Shown piece by piece: positions 48,604-54,533 of a stretch of 54,533 nt of DNA. Made by a program: the position numbers and the translations under genes. Location: assembly GCA_904063045.1 (NCBI GenBank), contig CAJFCJ010000059.1:1-54533 (forward strand). The letters are read 5' to 3'. The notes beneath the pieces are model-generated. The model worked only from the letters and a program-made list of their open reading frames with translations. It was not told where the DNA came from and did not search any database. Each line of letters begins with the position of its first letter. Position 1 is the stretch's first letter. Origin of the DNA: Dimorphilus gyrociliatus. Taxonomy: Eukaryota > Animalia > Annelida.

Positions 48604-48924
48604 ATGGAAAAGAAACTTCTAATTCTTTGTTTCATTTGTTGCCTTTCACTTCATGTTTTTTCATTTCCATCATCAGGAAGCAGTTTGAGATCAATTTTAA
48701 AAGAACTGGAAAAAAGAGAGCAATTCAACAGTGTGTTTGAGGATGAGTTGAATAAGAAAGGGTTGTTGGAAAAAGTAAGTTATTTTAGTTATTACTGATG
48801 AAAATTTAAACTTTGTTTGCAGCGTGTTCCCTGTGAAGCTGTGTGTAGTGATACTGTTGGAAAAGCAAATGATGACTGCATGTTCAATTGTGGTTTAGGG
48901 AGAGCTGCAATGATGGGAGGGTAA
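48604..48924 (+). CDS. 90-aa secreted prepropeptide releasing a 4-Cys peptide; 2 exons (48604-48774, 48823-48924)
   Basis: MEKKLLILCFICCLSLHVFS signal; KR sites; GTAAGT...TTTGCAG intron splitting K|R; VPCEAVCSDTVGKANDDCMFNCGLGRAAMMGG*. Confidence 0.75.
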
Positions 48925-49779
48925 CATTTCCTAACAAAGTTTTTAATGTTACTTTTTCTGAAGATTTTAAAAATAAATTTGAATTGAGCATAAACAGTGA
49001 ACTTTGTTATATTGTAATTGTAGAAATTTCTTTTGTAATCTGCATTATTCTGAACTTGAATTATTCCATAGGTACATTCTGTGTTTTAGTAATACCTTTC
49101 AACAATCCTTCCTTATTTAAAAAATATAAAAAATTTCAAAACTTTTAATCATAAAACTATTGACATATTTGATAAAAAAAGTTAGAAAAAAAACACAACG
49201 AATAGCTTCAAATATAGAAAATGAAAGATATTGAAAATATGTTTGTAATTTCATTTTTTTCTGCTTTGTAATGAAAATATTCTGTTGTTTTACAAAACAT
49301 ACAATTTAATTGGAAAGGATCTCGGGTTAATGATTGAAAATGCCCATGAATCAAGATTTTAAACAATTAGGCCTAGATCAAGAAGTTCAAAAATGGGCAT
49401 TATCAATAGAATTTTTATTCTTTACAAAGTATGTGTGTCTTGTAGCATCTAATACAAGCCATTTCATAACTGACTATTTTGTCTATTGATGTTAAAAAAC
49501 ACAAAAAATCAAACTCCTGACAACCTTATGAACTATAGTTTATAGATATTTTATAAATGATACTTACTATATGGTAGAAGTGTTGAAGTAGATGTTGCCT
49601 CTAGGGTATATGGTACCCAACTGCCAGAATCAACCCCTTTTATAGGCAAAGGATAACATGTTACATAACAAACATGTTGACAACAACAAGTGGTTATTTA
49701 CATAAATATGATGTAAGAATTGACCCTTGATGATTAGACAGATTATTTTATTTTTTTTTCAAAAGAAAAGCTGTAATTT

Positions 49780-52700
49780 TTAAAAGTTTCTTTGTTTTTA
49801 CTTACAGAAAAGGGTGGAAAAATTTGAAAATTTAAAAAACAAAAATAGTATATTCTTATATATATATAAATATTATTATGTTGATGTTTCTAAGTGCACA
49901 TTTCCCAAAAAAATTCCCTGTTCTTCATTTAATCAACAAGCAAAAACATTAATAATTTCCAAAGTATTTGAAGATGATTCCAATCCATCAAATATTTCAT
50001 TTAGTGATTTAACCAGAGCATCATTACAACACATATCCATGTTTTTCAAGTTGGAACAGTTTTTAATAGTTTTCCTAAAGATTTTCCTTCTTCTTCCTTT
50101 AATTTATACCTCCCCAAAAAAATATTTTAAAAAATATTTACATATGGTTTCAATCCTACAAATCTTTCATTCATTAATTTACCCACAATTTAATTACTTA
50201 GCAAATCTATGTTTTTCAAATTAAAACACTTTTTAAGAAGTTTTCCTGAAGAGTTTCCTTGTTCTTCATTTAATTTACAATCCCAAAAAGAAATACTTTC
50301 CAAAGTAGTTGAAGATAATTCCAATTCTTCAAATATTTCATTCATTGGTTTACCCATAGCATCATTAAAAGACAAATCTATGTTTTTCAAATTAAAAAAC
50401 TTTTTAATAGTTTTCCCAAAGATTTTCTTTCTTTCTTTAAATTATGCAGTTCAAAAAAACTATTTTCAAAAGTATTTACATATGGTTTCAATCCTTGAAA
50501 TATTTCATTTATTCATTTACTCATAACATAATTACTAAAAAAATTAATCTTTTAACAAATTAGAACACTTTTTAAGTAGTTTTCCCAAAGATTTCCTTTG
50601 TTCTTCATTTAAATTACACCACCCAACATCAACATTTTCCAAAGTATTTGAAGATGATTCCAATCCTTCAAATATTTCTGTAAATGATTTACCTATATTA
50701 TTATTTTTTGCAATATTAACATCTTTTATAAGAAAGCACTTTTTAAATAGCTTTGCTAGAAATAGTCCTTGCTCAACATTTAAGTCACACATTTGGAGAA
50801 GAATCTTTTGCAAAGTTTCTGATGATGAAGCTAATCCTTCAGACACAAGATTGAATGATTTTCCCAGGTTTTTATTACCCTTTAAGTCAATGCACTTGAT
50901 ATGTGAACAGTTTTTTAATAATTCTCCAAGAGATTTCCCATATTCTTTATTCAAAGAACAGTAATTAAAATCAATCTTTTCTAATGTCTTTGAAGATGAG
51001 TCTAAGCCTTGAAAAACTTCTTGAAATGATTTATCAATATTTTTATTTGCTCCCAACTTAATCTCTGTTATAGATGAGCATTTTTTAAACATTTTTCCCA
51101 AAGATTTTCCATGTTTTTCATTTAAACAGCAGCTGCCTAAATTAACATTTTTCAAAACATCTGAAGATGATTCTAATCCTTCAAGTATTTTATCAAATGA
51201 TTTACCCATATTTTTATTCCATGCCAACCCAATATCTGTTATATACAGGCACTCTTTAAGTAATTTCCCCAGTGAATGCCCTTCTTCAATAGTTAAGCTA
51301 CAGTTACTGATTTCAATCTTTTTTAATGTTTTAGAAGAATGGTGTAATTCATCAAAGATTGTTGATAGGGACTCTGTATGTTTGGATTTCCTGATAAATT
51401 GATGTACACTAAAGTAGAACAGCGTAACACTAATTTTTCAAAAGAATCCATATGTGTCTGATTGAGATTACAATTTTGGATATTGATTCCCTCAAAAGAT
51501 TTAAAAGAAGATTTTAGTCCAAGGCAAATTGCTTGAAACTCATCTTTCATCAACTTGTTGTGTGATAAATTTAGTGTTTTCAAATGTTTAATTGATTCTA
51601 AGAATTGACTCAATGTTTTTGCTTCAATGGCTGTTAAATTACATGAATCAAAATTTAGGTGACTTAAAGTAATAGAGTTGCAGTTCAAATGATTGAGAGT
51701 TGTTTGTAAATGTTCTTTAGTATTCTGAAGTTTTTCAAAATTTATGTCAGTTAAGAAAGGTAGCAGGTTAATGGTGTTGATAAATTGACTGAAATCTATT
51801 TCATTGGATATTTTAATATGAGTAAGATATAATAATTGTAGAGTACTAAACATCTGTGTGTCAGAGTTAATAATAATCTTTACAACAGTAATAACATCAC
51901 AATAATGTCCAATTAAGTGTACAGATCTTTTTTCTGAAAACTTACTATTAGGTAGCCATTTGATAAAAGAAGTTAGCTTTTCATTTAGAAAGAGGTTTTA
52001 CATGACAGAATACCATACAACCCTTTTTTCTTTGTTTGAATATGTGATTGTAAGCAGACTATTACTATCTATTTTAAGAGAGATATAATCATTTGAAAAT
52101 GGTTCATCATGTGTTGTTCCTCCAAAAGATGTTTGACAATATTGATTTGTAATTAATTTAAGGTAATTATCCAAAAAGTCACTGTCCAGATTGCTTATTT
52201 CACAGTTATATGTTTCAAACTCTTTAAATTGTGTGTTCTGTAGCTTTTTCTTTATCATTGAAAAAAAGCTTTTTCTACCAGTTTCTCCAAGTTTTTATTT
52301 GCAATAACCAATTTTTTTAGTTAAAATAAGCCTTCAAAAAGTTTAATCTTTGCATCAGTAAAGTAGTTTTTTGAATTGAATGCTTCATCAGTAAATTGTA
52401 TAATATAATTAGCAGAACAAATGATGATAAATTTACAAAAATTATCAAAGAAATTGCAAGTAATAGTATTTCCTTCAACAGCCAAAAAATTCTCTCCAAT
52501 GGGTATTTTCTCTAATTTTTTTAAAAAATTCAGATTTACCAGATTCTCCAAAAAAGATCTTCTGTAAATGCTTCATTATTATTATATAATTTTTCACCTT
52601 TCACTTCCAAAAACTTTAATCTTGTACAGTGTTCAAAACAGCAATTGATCAATAATTTCAAATTTACTGATGTGTTAATCAATCATTTTCTTTTGTGATG

Positions 52701-53990
52701 CAACTATGATTTTCTTGTGGAAAACTTATTATATCTTCATAATTTTGATAAAAAGTTTTATCAAAGATAGATTCCCCTCTTTTCTTCCAAACATGAAATA
52801 ATATCATTGCCAACAATGGGACCTTGCACAGACTCTCAATTTTTTTTTTTTTTGCGAACTAGACTTTCTACAAATTCTAAACTCTTTTGAATATCTCCAT
52901 CCTTAAAGCACTTTTGAAAAAATGATCTCATTTGAGTAGTATTCCAACCTGTTAAATCAAATATTATATCACATTTTGAATGCAATTCTTTTGCTCTCCA
53001 TTCACGAAACCATATTGCAGTTGGAATATCACATATTGGATTTTCTAATAGATTATATAGAGGATGATTTGTTTGATATAACTCATCAGCCCCATCAATC
53101 AAAAGAACAACATCATTTCTCTTATCAACAAAAATAGATTCCACTATATTTTCAGTGATATATGGAATATTTTTGAAATTTTGTTTAATTATTTCCTGAT
53201 AGATGTTTGAATCTTTTTTAACCTTTCTTAAAATGATAAATAACAATAGTTTTTGAGAATCAATTTTCCATTGGTCATTTGCCCATTTGTGGAGTAGATA
53301 TTTGACCTGTACACTTTTGCCTATTCCTGGCTTCCCTCGAATTAAAATTTTTTTGAATTCTGAATAAAATATTCTATAGAAATGTTCGTATTTATATTCT
53401 CTTTTCTGTAATTCCCAATCAATTATATCAATTTTCTTTACCTCAGATATTTCAATAGATGTTATAATATCTGATATTTTGACTTTAGTTTTTGTGAAAG
53501 GAAGTAATGGAATTGTTGTAAATTCTTTTTTTTGTTCTATTTTAGTATCACAAATCAATTTTTCCCATATTTTCTTTTTTTCAGATAAACACTCAGCTAA
53601 TCTTTGACAGTTCAAATCCTTGATATCAAAGAAAATTTCCAAAATATCTTTAAAATTTAGCTGCCACAATTTGTTTAAAATTAACAAAACAGCCAAACTT
53701 TTTTGCTCACCATCATATTGCTTTTGTAGTATATCTTTGTCATCAGGATATAATAATTGTAGAGTTGTCAATTTTATACATACTCTATCAAAGACTGATT
53801 TAGTATTAAGTAATTTTTTGATTTCTGTTTTATCTTATTTAAGACACAATTTTTCATCAGTATTAAGTCATGAATCCATAATAAAATCAAATAGTCCTTT
53901 TATTTGTAATAGGAAAGTATTACCAGATATTGAAAAGAATTCATACAAGCAATATTCAGACAAGGCTTTTTGTAGTAGACTTCGTTTTTT
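49780..53990 (-). pseudogene. NLR-type gene: death-fold-like N-terminus, NACHT, RNI-like LRRs; multiple stops and frameshifts
   Basis: Walker A GKPGIGKS, Walker B VVLLIDGADEL, LCKVPLL; 28/56-aa LRR units at 49800-51850; stops near 53836-53870 and lesions at 52560-52850. Confidence 0.85.
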
Positions 53991-54533
53991 GTCATAGACA
54001 TCAAAATTCAGGGTTAGGTTTTTGTTTTATGTACACCAAGTTAAAAGTGCTACTTATACTGAATACTGCAAAATTAAATAATTACATATGATTTAATTAT
54101 TTTAGGCTGTACACTTACATTTGTCAGCTATATTCTACAACAGATAAGTAGTATTGAAACAGTATTGTATTTTGAGGTCTTGTTTCATTAACTAAATTGC
54201 TATTGTTCATTAAAAGATAGATTATTATGATAGACTAATAACTAAATGATTACAGTTGTTTGTATGTACAAAAGATTTAAGCCTATATTTGACAGATAAA
54301 TTATGAATTTGTTCATGATTACAAAATCAATAAAGTGGTAAGCCAGGAAAAAAATTTCAATGCCCTCACTGAAACAGGGTAGGGTAAATTATATAATTTG
54401 ACTATATTTCAAGTCAAAAATACATCTGTATTATTCAAAAACAAAAACTGTATAACTAAAATCAGTTGACAATGATGAATAAAAAACCTAACAAGAGTAA
54501 ACAAGAAAATTTAACATCTTTCATGCTGTGTAT

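Noticed and set aside
49814-50526. Plus-strand ORFs 49814-50224 and 50209-50526
   Set aside because: Antisense shadows of the minus-strand LRR repeats.

Overview
AT-rich eukaryotic (invertebrate animal) genomic DNA with very short GT-AG introns (about 45-75 nt). The style is that of a compact lophotrochozoan genome such as an annelid; this is inference. No rRNA, tRNA or CRISPR array was recognised. It is a repeat-rich, fast-turnover accessory region. Host genes: a parallel beta-helix protein (runs off the left edge), a GRL101/RXFP-like LDLa-LRR-7TM receptor followed by a degenerate kinase-like segment, a small class A GPCR family (one intact, two pseudogenes), a very large CxxC-repeat surface protein ending in a Ly6/uPAR domain and GPI signal, a PLAC8 gene, an F-type-lectin-like secreted protein, a small Cys-rich prepropeptide, and several decayed NACHT-LRR (NLR) genes. 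Mobile DNA: a decayed Ty3/Gypsy-type element (LTR, tRNA-Ser PBS, gag-PR, truncated RT, class III fusogen-like env, LTR) whose gag is split by a 2 kb GPCR-bearing host segment; solo or partial LTRs of two families; a complete Mutator element with a 9-bp TSD and an intron-containing PHD-FLYWCH-DDE transposase; other MULE and Tc1 fragments; and a MITE. The most striking item is an intronless Firmicutes-like folB (dihydroneopterin aldolase) embedded in host repeats, with one single-base frameshift in an A-run. Its ATG directly follows a 55-nt host motif that recurs elsewhere in the window. Exon boundaries and domain calls were made by eye, without database searches.
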